Source: Acidobacteriota bacterium
GTDB taxonomy: Bacteria; Acidobacteriota; Terriglobia; Acidiferrales; UBA7541
Length of the DNA stretch: 64,000 nucleotides
Assembly: GCA_003224175.1 (NCBI GenBank)
Contig: QHYQ01000243.1
Span: 8,835 to 72,834, forward strand
Direction of reading: 5' to 3'
Shown one piece after another: positions 18,512 to 28,278 of the stretch. Both the position numbers and the translations under genes were made by a program. The notes beneath the pieces are model-generated. The model saw only the letters and a list, made by a program, of their open reading frames with translations, did no database searches and was not told the origin of the DNA. Position 1 is the stretch's first letter, and the number at the start of each line of letters is the position of its first letter.

Positions 18512-20710
18512 ATGCCTGATTTCATTGCGCACGTGCGAAGCATATGCGGCCGCGTCTTGGCCCTGCCGAAGACTTTCCCTCTTTTTTTGGCCTTTCTCGT
18601 CTGTGTTGTGCCGGCGGTCGCCGAACATACCCGCTTTTGGCGCCAGTCAGACTACGACGCGTTCCAAAAGGGCGATGCCAAGGGCGTCGCACTACGCAGT
18701 GACGGAAGGCTGGTCCTCGCCCCGAAATTCGCGCCCTTTGCCGACGCCTCCTTGGCCTACCTCTGGTCTCTGCGGCTCGATTCGCGTGGCAATCTTTATG
18801 CTGCGGGTGGCTCAAATGCCAAAATTGTGAGGTTCGATAACAGCGGCAATTACACTACCGTTTTTGAATCCCAGGAGATGACCGCGCAAGCGCTAGTCTT
18901 TGATAAAGGTGACAACCTGTACGTGGCCACTGCACCCGATGGCAAAGTCTACAAAGTCACTCTTGCCGGACAAAAGTCTGTCTTTTTTGATCCGAAAACC
19001 AAGTACATTTGGGACCTCGCGCTTGGCCCCGACGGTACCCTCTTCGTGGCCACCGGTGACCCGGGGAAAATCTTCGCAGTTGATCCCAGCGGCAATTCAC
19101 AGCTCTTCTATAACGCCGAAGAGACTCACATCCGCACTCTGGTCCTTGACGGCAAAGGGAATCTTCTCGCGGGCACCGAACCAAACGGCCTCGTCCTGCG
19201 CATTTCCTTAGGCGCCCAGTCCTCTGCTTCGCAGAACGGCAAGGGATCGGCCGCGCGGCCGTCATCGACGAAGCGTGCCTCTGGCCAGACTTCCACGCAG
19301 ACTGCCGCTAAGAACGAAGACAGCTCCGAAGAAGGGAGCCGTCCGGCTTATGTGGTCTACGAAACGGCTCGAAAAGAGATTACGGCTTTGGCTCTGGATC
19401 CTACCGGCAATCTCTACGTAGCCGCCATCGGCGATAAGACTCCTGGGCCACCTCGACCTCCGGGTCAGCAAAATGAGCAGGAGAATGCTCCGAATGGCCA
19501 AACCATAACGGTTACTGTCGGTGCGCCCAGTGGCCTTCAACCACCGCAGCAGGCCACGCCATTTGTTCCTTTTCCTGTGCTCTCATCGGCGGCCGTATAC
19601 CGCATCGCACCGGACGGTTCTCCTGAAGAAATTTGGGCGTCCCGCGAGAATTCGGTCTACGCCATGGGCCTTTCCAATGAGGGCAAGCTATTGCTGGGCA
19701 CTGGCAATCAGGGCGCCATCATGCAACTCGAAGGGGACCGCGTCTTTTCGCGATTGGCAAAGGCTGAATCCCAACAGGTGACTTCCTTTGCGCGGAGTCC
19801 ATGGGCCGGGCCTTATCGGGATCCCAAGGGGCAGGAAGTGGAATGCCCGCCGGCGCGCTTTCTGCAATGGAAGGCGACCTTGCACGGCGGCAGCAATCCG
19901 CCGGATCTCTCCTGGGTTGAGATGGCTTACTTGCCCAAGAACGTCGCGCCTCAAATTAGCAGCGTTGTCATGCAAAAGCCGGGAGTGCGAGTAGCCGGCT
20001 TCGGTCAACAAGCTGGTCCGCCGCAATCCTCGCCCGTGCAGTTACGCATGCCCGCTGCACCAGGTACACAAGCCGGCCCGTCCCAGCGCGGCACCGAATC
20101 AACCCGATTCGAACCGCCACCTCAAGGCTTCGCCGAAAAGGGCTATCAAGCCGTTCTATGGAGCGCCGAAGACGTCAACGAAGATGAGTTGAGCTATTCG
20201 GTCTTTTATCGCGGCGAAAACGAAAAGGATTGGAAGCTGCTGAAAGACAAACTCGAGCAGAAGTTCTATTCGTGGGACACCAACTCGATGCCCGACGGCG
20301 CTTACTATTTGAAGATCGTGGGGTCTGACGATAAATCAAATCCGTCCAATGAGGCGCTGAAGGCCGAGCGAGTGAGCGAGCGCTTTGTCGTCGATAACAC
20401 GCCACCCATGATCACCGAGATGGCCTCAGACCCCGCACCCGCTGCTGCGGGCGATCCCGCGGTCACGGTCCGCTTCCGCGCCAGTGATAGCGCCAGCTCG
20501 ATCGTGCGGGCGCAGTATAGTCTCGACGCCAGCGATTGGACCATCGTGCCGCCGGTCGGCGGACTCAGCGACTCTCCCGTCGAGCAGTACTCCGTTACCT
20601 TGCGTGGCATCGCGCCCGGCGAACACACCGTCTCCGTGCGCGTCTACGATCAATTCGAAAACGAGTCGGCGGCAAAAATCACTTTCGCCGTTCCCGCTGC
20701 TAAGCGCTGA
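18512..20710 (+). CDS. Secreted beta-propeller repeat protein with a C-terminal Ig-like region; function unknown
   Basis: 732 aa. It carries repeated G-N-L-Y/F-V-A-T/G...DG-K-I/V-Y/F blades (NLYAAGGSNAKIVRFD, NLYVATAPDGKVYKV, TLFVATGDPGKIFAVD, NLLAGTEPNGLVLRI). It starts 33 nt after the S55 gene. Confidence 0.6.
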   Translation: MPDFIAHVRSICGRVLALPKTFPLFLAFLVCVVPAVAEHTRFWRQSDYDAFQKGDAKGVALRSDGRLVLAPKFAPFADASLAYLWSLRLDSRGNLYAAGGSNAKIVRFDNSGNYTTVFESQEMTAQALVFDKGDNLYVATAPDGKVYKVTLAGQKSVFFDPKTKYIWDLALGPDGTLFVATGDPGKIFAVDPSGNSQLFYNAEETHIRTLVLDGKGNLLAGTEPNGLVLRISLGAQSSASQNGKGSAARPSSTKRASGQTSTQTAAKNEDSSEEGSRPAYVVYETARKEITALALDPTGNLYVAAIGDKTPGPPRPPGQQNEQENAPNGQTITVTVGAPSGLQPPQQATPFVPFPVLSSAAVYRIAPDGSPEEIWASRENSVYAMGLSNEGKLLLGTGNQGAIMQLEGDRVFSRLAKAESQQVTSFARSPWAGPYRDPKGQEVECPPARFLQWKATLHGGSNPPDLSWVEMAYLPKNVAPQISSVVMQKPGVRVAGFGQQAGPPQSSPVQLRMPAAPGTQAGPSQRGTESTRFEPPPQGFAEKGYQAVLWSAEDVNEDELSYSVFYRGENEKDWKLLKDKLEQKFYSWDTNSMPDGAYYLKIVGSDDKSNPSNEALKAERVSERFVVDNTPPMITEMASDPAPAAAGDPAVTVRFRASDSASSIVRAQYSLDASDWTIVPPVGGLSDSPVEQYSVTLRGIAPGEHTVSVRVYDQFENESAAKITFAVPAAKR

Positions 20711-20760
20711 ACCGGGCTCCGTGGAATTGTTGGTGTCCCGGTCCTGCGCAGCCGGCGGCG

Positions 20761-21105
20761 TCAACTCGCCCAGCGCTCTCGTTCCGCCGTCGCGTGATAA
20801 CGTTCGATTCGCAACCCGACGCCGACCAGTCCGCCCGAATCGCTCTCTTGAAGACGGATAACGCGCGCGGTGCAATGTACCTCCGAAGCCGGAATCCCGG
20901 AAATTTCGCTGGGCATCCTTAACCTCAGCGCCACTTGCGCGCCGACCTTCAGCGGATACGCCGTCCACATGAAAACGCCGCGCTGCGACAGGTTTTCTGA
21001 TTCGGCCATTTGCTCGCCGACGCTCTGGTTGCCAATGAGCTTGTATCTCAGCGGGATGCGAACGTTCACACGAGTCTCATTGCGACGATCGGTCAGGGTA
21101 GTCAT
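20761..21105 (-). CDS. PilZ domain protein (c-di-GMP receptor type)
   Basis: 114 aa with both canonical motifs: RRNETR (RxxxR) and NLSQRG (D/NxSxxG). A GGAGGAG ribosome-binding site lies upstream. Confidence 0.8.
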   Translation of the reverse strand: MTTLTDRRNETRVNVRIPLRYKLIGNQSVGEQMAESENLSQRGVFMWTAYPLKVGAQVALRLRMPSEISGIPASEVHCTARVIRLQESDSGGLVGVGLRIERYHATAERERWAS

Positions 21106-21137
21106 GTCTCCTCCGGCGCGGGGAAGGAGTTCGCGCG

Positions 21138-21173
21138 ATCTTAGATTTGGAAGGGGGTAGAAGAATCTTAGAT
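21138..21173. promoter_or_regulatory. Two identical 9-bp palindromes, ATCTTAGAT, 27 bp apart upstream of the PilZ gene
   Basis: ATCT-T-AGAT occurs at 21138-21146 and again at 21165-21173, 33-68 nt upstream of the PilZ ATG at 21105. Confidence 0.35.
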
Positions 21174-21372
21174 GCGGTGCCCTTGGGGCCGCAACGTTCT
21201 TTTCCGCGACATTGTAGAATCGGTCAGCATGGCGGAGGCTCTGGCTCCCTGGCTTAACTATTGAGTTATCGTCCCAAGCCGAGAGCGCCCTGCGCCATGA
21301 TTACGCTACAGCCAGGCGAGAGGCTCCGCTTTGGAGATGAGTAGACTCGGCGCGTCAACGCCGACAATTTTG

Positions 21373-23907
21373 CTATTGCGTGGTCACCGTGACTTGGGCT
21401 GTGTGGTTGATGCCGCCGATCGCGGCATTTACGGTCACGGCACCCGACGCCACAGGGGCCGTCGAGGGAACCTGGACTGCAAAGGCATAGTTCACAACGG
21501 GATTAGTGGTGCCGCTGCTGCTCTTTGAGCTGCTTCCGCAGCCGATCATAATCGCCAGCAGGGTCACGAGAGCAAAACCCGGTACAAGCCTCGCCCACGC
21601 AGGTGCGCGCTCGAACCGGCCGACACATGTGATAACCAAAGCCACTCCGGCCAAAAGGATCCCCAAGACCTCCCACCAGCCAAGCTCCGGGTAATTTCCC
21701 GGCGGATCAAAGGCGCCAGTGACAGCAGGCACCACCGCGCACGTCGTCGTCCCCAGCGCGGCCGGCACGGTACACGTGAAGCTGGGCGTGCCCGCGAAGC
21801 CGTTCAGCCGCGTCAAGGCCAAGGTTCCGCTGCCGCAGGCCCCTCTCTTTACGGTCAGTTGGCTCGCCGTAAAGGCCAGCGAAAAATCCACGGTGGAAGC
21901 CGCGTTCGCCGTGCTCGCGGGACTGACCGAAGTCCAGTTCGCGACCAAAAAGAATGCGTCGATCGATCCTAAGCCGGTTGCTAGATCGTAACCCGTCAAG
22001 GCGCTATAGCCGATCTGCGTCGATGCAACACAAGGCGGGCTAAACGGAACCTGATTATTCCCGGTAGTAATGTCATGGAAGGCCGTGGGACTATGCGCCG
22101 CCAGGGGATACAGGACCGGGTTGATGTTTCCGGAGCCGCACCCTGTTACTACTGTAGGTTGGCAGCGATTTGTAGATTGATTGATCAGTGCCACGATGGC
22201 CGCCATCACCGGCGGCCCCACCGAGGTCCCGCCCACCAACGTCAAGTTACCAGCGGGGCCGTCACGAAAACCGAAACCGTTCGCGCATGTTGGTGTAGGC
22301 GGATTGTTCCGGAAGTTCTCCGAGCAGATCAAATAGGCATCTTGGAGTGGCGAGGCGCTGAAGGAAACGTCCGGCACGTCACGCGCGCCGTCGTTCGGCA
22401 CTCCCGTGCCAGCCTGCCACGCCGGCTTGGGTATAACTGTGCTCGACCCGCCGCCGCCAGCCGATAGCCCGACGGAGGTCCCACTAATCACCGTATTTGT
22501 GTCGTTCCACGCGCCTTCCGGAATATAGGAGCGTGCCGAGGACACGACGTCGGTGCCCAGCGCCGTCTTCCAATAGATCGCCGAAGGATCGCTTCCCTCC
22601 TGGAATTCCGTTCCGCCCACCGAAGTTACACTTTCCAGCGCTCCTGGCAGATCGACCGCCAATCCCTGCGTCGACGCCGTGACCGGACTATTCGGATTGC
22701 CATTAAAATCGCAATCCGCCGGTCCGGTATCTCCGGTTGTAGCCAGCACAGTTATTCCTTCCGCATTGGCCTGCTGCATCAGCGCTTGTAGTGAGCTGAG
22801 AGCTGTCGAGGAGAAATTCGCCTCGCAGGTGCCGTAGCTTGTGCTGATCACCGGGGCGGGAATCGATACGCCGAGAGGGGGAGCAATCGCATAATTGAGT
22901 GCATCATTGACTCCGCCGCCATTTACTGGATTACCCACGATGAAGATGACCGTCGCATCTGGCGCAATTGCCCCCGCCCACTCCACATCCAGGTTCGCTT
23001 CATCAATGTCGGTTTGCTGCAAGCCGGGGTTGGTGGTTACATATATGATCTGCAGGAGACTTGGATTCGTGGATAACGGAGTGCAGCCTGAACAACTGGA
23101 GTTGCTGCGGAATGCCGCCCAATCGCTCCGGTTAATGTCGCTCTGGCCTACAACAGCGATTTTCTGCCCTGCCCCCGTAATGCGCTGCAGATACAAGGCA
23201 TTGACGTCGTAAATCGTGGCGAAGTCCGGAGGCGCGATGAAGTGATTTCCGGTTTGCCCGGAAGTGAACTTCGCATTTCTCTTTCCCAATATCCGCGGCT
23301 TCAGCTGAAAATCGTTCAGCCCGCGAAAACCCAGCGCGACATCGGTGAGCGCTGCCGGCACGGAAGGCTCGCCGCCATTGGCGAAATGCGCTTTGCCGTT
23401 CACCAGATAGCGGTGCATTTCGGTGTGCAGCGCCGATTCCACCTGTTGCGCCGTGCCGCTGAAGGTGATCATGTTCCGGCTGGCCGCCACGCTTTCGACG
23501 CGAAATCCTTCGCTCTCCAACCACCCCGTCACTTTGTTGATGTCACCCTGGCTCAACCCGAAGCGGCTGCCGAATTGCTCCGGCGTAAGCCAGCGATGAT
23601 AATCAGGCGAACCGCGCTCCTGCTGGGCGGCGGTTAACGCATTGAGATCCGCCTGCTGCGCAGCCGTCATTTTGAAAGTCATAGTCACGCGCATGGCCAT
23701 GGAAGGATCGACTCTTCCCTGATTGAATTCAGGACGTGCCATGGGGTGCACGTTCCCCTTGATTGCCGTCACTTGCGAAGTGTCGACCGCCTGCACGATG
23801 CGATCCTTGAGTGGCCCTTGCGCCAACAGAGTCTCCGAGAGGCAAAGCAGGATAAGCACCACACTCAAATACAGAGCGCTCGAGGTACACTTCTTTTTCG
23901 TGTGCAT
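21373..23907 (-). CDS. Sedolisin (S53) family serine peptidase with a pro-kumamolisin activation domain, C-terminal Ig-like region and transmembrane anchor
   Basis: The propeptide region reads SPDYHRWLTPEQFGSRFGLSQGDINKVTGWLESEGF and the catalytic serine motif is GGTSVGPPVMAAI. The start at 23907 (MHTKKKCTSSALYLSVVLILL...) provides a signal peptide. Confidence 0.85.
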   Translation of the reverse strand: MHTKKKCTSSALYLSVVLILLCLSETLLAQGPLKDRIVQAVDTSQVTAIKGNVHPMARPEFNQGRVDPSMAMRVTMTFKMTAAQQADLNALTAAQQERGSPDYHRWLTPEQFGSRFGLSQGDINKVTGWLESEGFRVESVAASRNMITFSGTAQQVESALHTEMHRYLVNGKAHFANGGEPSVPAALTDVALGFRGLNDFQLKPRILGKRNAKFTSGQTGNHFIAPPDFATIYDVNALYLQRITGAGQKIAVVGQSDINRSDWAAFRSNSSCSGCTPLSTNPSLLQIIYVTTNPGLQQTDIDEANLDVEWAGAIAPDATVIFIVGNPVNGGGVNDALNYAIAPPLGVSIPAPVISTSYGTCEANFSSTALSSLQALMQQANAEGITVLATTGDTGPADCDFNGNPNSPVTASTQGLAVDLPGALESVTSVGGTEFQEGSDPSAIYWKTALGTDVVSSARSYIPEGAWNDTNTVISGTSVGLSAGGGGSSTVIPKPAWQAGTGVPNDGARDVPDVSFSASPLQDAYLICSENFRNNPPTPTCANGFGFRDGPAGNLTLVGGTSVGPPVMAAIVALINQSTNRCQPTVVTGCGSGNINPVLYPLAAHSPTAFHDITTGNNQVPFSPPCVASTQIGYSALTGYDLATGLGSIDAFFLVANWTSVSPASTANAASTVDFSLAFTASQLTVKRGACGSGTLALTRLNGFAGTPSFTCTVPAALGTTTCAVVPAVTGAFDPPGNYPELGWWEVLGILLAGVALVITCVGRFERAPAWARLVPGFALVTLLAIMIGCGSSSKSSSGTTNPVVNYAFAVQVPSTAPVASGAVTVNAAIGGINHTAQVTVTTQ

Positions 23908-24173
23908 GGATGTGGTTTGAAAATCTCTACCTTTCGCAGGAAATTCTGGGCATTGGATTTGATGCAGCTTTATCTTGCTGGGCTGTTCCGGATTCTTCGG
24001 CGTGTTCGTAATCGACACACTCGTATATTGCCTAATACGCGCATGGATGGCGATATGACGCTAAGCGAGGAATGCGATGAAATGACGTAAGAGGGATTGA
24101 TCTTTTGGTCGCCATTTTGGGGCGCCAAATCAGAGGAAAGGCTGTGTGTTTAAGCGTTGGGAGGCGGTTTCCA

Positions 24174-24554
24174 CTAGTTCTCCAGGCCCTTCCATCCCGG
24201 AGGCGGAAAAGAGATATGCCAGAAGCCTGGCGCGGGTGCGGCGAATTCTACTGGGATGAGATAACCCTGCGGATTTTCAAGGGCCGCCCGCGTCACCCGG
24301 CAACTCTGCTTCTGCGCAGTACGCTCATTGATCAGATCGAATCTTGTATCCACGGGGAAGTTCCTGGTGCAAAGCAGCATCGCGCCGTGGTCATTGACGG
24401 ACGCAGTAACAGCGGGCAGCGTTATCCTTTTGCCCGCTAGCGTCATCTCTAGCGTCACCCGGATGCGGATCATAACCCTCTGGCTGCGACGCCGCTCCTC
24501 CGCGGGCTGAAGCTGCGGACCCGTATCCGCCTGCTGCTGAGATTGTTTGCTCAC
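24174..24554 (-). CDS. Small PilZ-like protein, second of a tandem pair
   Basis: The GTG at 24554 overlaps the upstream stop (GTGA). RRSQR (RxxxR) is followed by RIRVTLE. The second PilZ motif is degenerate. The protein ends ...PGFWHISFPPPGWKGLEN. Confidence 0.5.
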   Translation of the reverse strand: MSKQSQQQADTGPQLQPAEERRRSQRVMIRIRVTLEMTLAGKRITLPAVTASVNDHGAMLLCTRNFPVDTRFDLINERTAQKQSCRVTRAALENPQGYLIPVEFAAPAPGFWHISFPPPGWKGLEN

Positions 24555-24934
24555 AGTTCCAACCCCCAAAAATCCATGGTCGGATGAATCAGTTCGATCC
24601 CCCATTCCCAGCCGTCCGGCCGTTCGTGTCCTTTCCAAACGGTTATCGCGGAATTCGACTCGCTCGTCGCCAGATTGACGATTCGCAGCGCCTGCTCGAG
24701 TTCGAGACTCGCCCGAATGACCACCAGACATCCATAAGGGCCAACAACGCGGGTGAAGGCCTCTTCGCGGCAGGCCGCCATCGCTTCATCCTTTTGCCAC
24801 TCGATAGCCACCGGGATCCGCGAATTCAAGCGAATACCGCGGCGCTTTTGCTTCACTTTCGGTGTTGTTTTGGTTGCTGCTTGCGGCTGCACGCCATTCC
24901 CCCAATCCCGAGGAAGCCGGACAGTTCTGGTCAC
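24551..24934 (-). CDS. Small PilZ-like protein, first of a tandem pair
   Basis: 127 aa. RRGIR (RxxxR) is followed by RIPVAIEW. It has the same architecture and length as its downstream neighbour and ends ...DFWGLEL. Confidence 0.5.
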   Translation of the reverse strand: MTRTVRLPRDWGNGVQPQAATKTTPKVKQKRRGIRLNSRIPVAIEWQKDEAMAACREEAFTRVVGPYGCLVVIRASLELEQALRIVNLATSESNSAITVWKGHERPDGWEWGIELIHPTMDFWGLEL

Positions 24935-25610
24935 TTGTGCACTGAAGAAGGCCTAATGGTAGGAATCAAAGTTGAATCGCGTCAATGGTACGCAGGGACA
25001 GCCGGACTGCACTGCGCCGGGGGCCAGAGTATCTCTGCAGTTAACATCGCAGTGAACATCCGCTCTGACCTGGCCGCGGCCGGGCACATATGTTTTTTGT
25101 GCTAGTGACCGTTGCTCGATTCCACCACAACGGAGAAATCGCGCAACTTATCATTGACTACATACTACGGCGCGGTTTTGTCGTCAGCCTCGGTCAGTCA
25201 GGTCAAGTCAAATCATCATTGACCACGAACCGTCTCAACAACACAACTCAAGGCATAGCTTGAGTGGTAGCCGCCCTAACCTGATGCGGAGCTAACCGCA
25301 GTTCTCTCGGTCGCCTCGGGCGACCTCGTCGGGATGGGAGCGGCAATTGGAATTGCTCGGGACGAGCGAAAAGCGGTGTCAAATTCCACAAAACAAAACC
25401 GAAAGGAGCATTGACTCTGACTCTGACCCGCGAAGAGGAACCCCGGCTTCTGTTGGCCCGCCATTTATGGGATGACGAGGGACGCGCCGGGGGGCAGGCG
25501 CTCCGCGACACTGAGCAAAAAATCCCCAACCGTTTGCCAGAGGAGAGAACTTCCAGTCTCAGGAGTCCGGCGGCTTCCCGAAACTGGCCGCGGAGAGCTC
25601 GATTCGGAGC

Positions 25611-26885
25611 TTAAGACTCGCTTACCAATTGCTTCATGGCCCAGTCGGGGAACACCGGTGCGCGCCGGTCGCGCGGCCCGCCGGCATTCGCCGCCTGCGC
25701 GTGTCCCGTTCCTTCCACCATTTCCCGCTTGCAGTTAACCGCGGCCTCGTAAAGCTTCCGCGCTCCCGCCGGGTCCATAATGCGGTCATCTTTGCTATAC
25801 CCGATCAGCATCGGGCAGTGAATCTTGTCGGCTCGGCCTTCGAGCGTGTACTCCCGGAGCATCTTCCTGGCGTCGGCCAAGTCCCGCGCACCGATAATCC
25901 AGCGCACCCGTTCCTGGATCGAAGGCAGGTAGTCGAAAAGGTCCTTCCCCAGGTCGTAGGATCCGCTGCTCATGAATGCCGCCGCGATTCTCGGTTCGTT
26001 GCTGGCGGCTCTCGGCACTCCGTAGCCTCCCATGCTGATGCCCTGCATCCCGATCTTCTTCGTGTCCACATCGGGACGAGTGTCGAGGTAATCGATCATG
26101 GCTTTGACCACGCGATCCGTATCCGGCGGCAGGTGCAGATCCTTTAACCGCAAAGCCCCGCCTTGCCCGGGGAAGTCCACGGCCATGTAAGCCATGCCGC
26201 GAGCCAAATATGCCCCGGCCATTCCCATGATAGTAGCCTCGGCCATCGTGTCCGCGCCCTGGAATGCGATCACGACCGGGAACTTCTTCCCCGGCTGGGC
26301 TCCCGCTCCCCCGGGTTTGCGGAAATAGCCGTCCAGCATCTGGTTCTCCCATTTCACCTGAATGCGTTCGAAGGGCGCGCGTTGCAATTCCCACGCTCGG
26401 TCAAACAGTTGCCGCGCCTTCTTGTAGGTGGGAAGCATGCGGTCATCGGAAATCGGCATCGGCCACGACGCTTCGCGATAAAAGTTCGCGGCGCGCAAAT
26501 AATACTCATTCGCCGTCACCTTGAATCCCTTGGACGCAAACCCCTCCGCCTCTTTCTCATTGCGCTCCGCTACTCGTCTCCACTCCGTCACCCACGAGTC
26601 CAGATCGTAAGGCTTCATGCGCTGCGCGACTTCGAGCGCGTCGGGATCGCTCGTATAGATCGAAGCAGTCAGCCGAATCTCCAATTGGCCTCCGCCCGGC
26701 AATCCCTTGCCCGGATAAAGCTCGCCTTCTGCTCTGCCACCCACCTCTCCGATCTTTCGGCTCTCCGAACCGGCGTCCTGCGCCAGCGCGGGCGACGCCA
26801 GAACCTTGGAGATCGTAGGAAGTCCTGCCGAAACGAGTCCCCATTTCACCAATGCCCGTCGACTCAAATTCGAGATGGAACTCAT
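25611..26885 (-). CDS. Tat-exported alpha/beta hydrolase (S9/dienelactone-hydrolase-like)
   Basis: 424 aa. The twin-arginine signal is MSSISNLSRRALVKWGLVSAGL...ALA and the nucleophile elbow is GISMGG. Confidence 0.75.
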   Translation of the reverse strand: MSSISNLSRRALVKWGLVSAGLPTISKVLASPALAQDAGSESRKIGEVGGRAEGELYPGKGLPGGGQLEIRLTASIYTSDPDALEVAQRMKPYDLDSWVTEWRRVAERNEKEAEGFASKGFKVTANEYYLRAANFYREASWPMPISDDRMLPTYKKARQLFDRAWELQRAPFERIQVKWENQMLDGYFRKPGGAGAQPGKKFPVVIAFQGADTMAEATIMGMAGAYLARGMAYMAVDFPGQGGALRLKDLHLPPDTDRVVKAMIDYLDTRPDVDTKKIGMQGISMGGYGVPRAASNEPRIAAAFMSSGSYDLGKDLFDYLPSIQERVRWIIGARDLADARKMLREYTLEGRADKIHCPMLIGYSKDDRIMDPAGARKLYEAAVNCKREMVEGTGHAQAANAGGPRDRRAPVFPDWAMKQLVSES

Positions 26886-27076
26886 GATTGTTCTTGCCTC
26901 CTCCGCCTCTTCGCCGCGAACGCATTCCTACAGGAGCAGCTTCGTGGCGTTACAAACCAGCCCATATTTCCCAAAATCGCAGAGAACCCCTGATAGGCCA
27001 TTTCCACGCCAATTGTCAAACAATATTACCGCAGGTGGGCGCAGCGCCCCAAGCAGGCCGAGGGAAGGAGGTGTGA

Positions 27077-27373
27077 TCCTATCACAGCGCTACAAACCGA
27101 TTCGGTCATTCCTCTCTCGATATGCGCCTGTCACGCACCTTCCGTCTCCATGAGAAAGTCAATCTTCAACTCCTCGCCGGAGGCTTCAACATCGCCAATC
27201 GCTCAAACTATGCCAGTGTGAACAACGTCGTCGGCCCCGACTTCGGTTTGACGCCCGGATTCACGACTTTCAAAGTGAGCGGAAATGCTGCGCTACTTCC
27301 CACGCAGCCCCTGGCCTTCGCGTCCGCGTACGCGAAACGTGAATTCCCACTTGGATTCCGCCTGGATTTCTAG
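27077..27373 (+). pseudogene. C-terminal remnant of a TonB-dependent-receptor-like outer-membrane beta-barrel gene
   Basis: The frame opens immediately after a TGA at 27074 and reads SYHSATNRFGHSSLDMRLSRTFRLHEKVNLQLLAGGFNIANRSNYASVNN...REFPLGFRLDF*. This includes a terminal aromatic beta-signal. There is no N-terminal plug or barrel upstream. Confidence 0.6.
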
Positions 27374-27526
27374 TATGGTGCTGGCTTAAGTTTGTCGGAT
27401 AGCGCTCGCTTTTAGTGGTCCCCGCGTCTGGCAGCAATCCCCGTCAGGCCCACGAAATATAGGGTTATTCCCTGATAGCAGCCATAGTCGAAAGACCCTA
27501 CACTTCTTGCCGTTTAGGGGGGATCA

Positions 27527-28183
27527 ATGCGACCCGTTCAAATCCTGTTAGCTGATGATCACGAAGTCGTGCGCAAGGGCCTTCGCGCATTGCTGGAAGC
27601 CCAGCCGGGTTGGAAGGTAGTCGCGGAAGCCACTGACGGCCGCGAGGCAGTCGCGAAGGCCACGGATATGCGTCCCGACGTGGCCATTGTGGATATTGGC
27701 ATGCCCAGTCTGAACGGTCTCGAAGCTACGCGGCAGATCGTTAAAAAAGTGCCTCGCACGCGCGTCCTCGTTTTGACTATGCATGACAGCAATCCGTTGA
27801 TTCAGCAGGTGGTCAAGGCCGGAGCTCGCGGTTACGTGCTGAAGTCAGATGTAGCCAGCGACTTAGTCTCTGCCGTGGATGCGCTCTGCCGCGATCAAAC
27901 CTTCTTTACGTCCAAGGTTTCTCAGATCATCCTCGATCGCTACGTGGGCAAGTCCGCGGACATGGAGAATTCTCCCGATGAGGATTCGCCTTTAACTCCT
28001 CGCGAGCGAGAAGTCGTACAACTTCTTGCCGAGGGCAAGAGCAGCAAGGAAGTCGCCGCAGTCTTGGGCATCAGCGTAAAGACTGCGGAAACGCACCGCA
28101 TCAATCTGATGAGAAAACTCGATTGCCATTCCGTAGCCGAGATCGTTAGATACGCGGTGCGTAACTTGATCGCGGAAGCTTAG
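27527..28183 (+). CDS. NarL/LuxR-family response regulator (REC plus HTH)
   Basis: 218 aa with ILLADDHEVVRKGL, VAIVDIGMP, and the C-terminal LTPREREVVQLLAEGKSSKEVAAVLGISVKTAETHR. Confidence 0.92.
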   Translation: MRPVQILLADDHEVVRKGLRALLEAQPGWKVVAEATDGREAVAKATDMRPDVAIVDIGMPSLNGLEATRQIVKKVPRTRVLVLTMHDSNPLIQQVVKAGARGYVLKSDVASDLVSAVDALCRDQTFFTSKVSQIILDRYVGKSADMENSPDEDSPLTPREREVVQLLAEGKSSKEVAAVLGISVKTAETHRINLMRKLDCHSVAEIVRYAVRNLIAEA

Positions 28184-28278
28184 CGACGGATCCTCATCCG
28201 TCGAAGGTCGGGGAAATTCAGCAATCGCCAAGTCGGTTTCCGGCGGGCACGTGGTTTTGCGTACAGCTTGAAGCCATC

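Noticed and set aside
24555-24731. Longer 185-aa version of the second PilZ-like ORF
   Set aside because: It would overlap the upstream paralogue by 180 nt. The GTG at 24554, overlapping the upstream stop, gives a protein of the same length as its paralogue.
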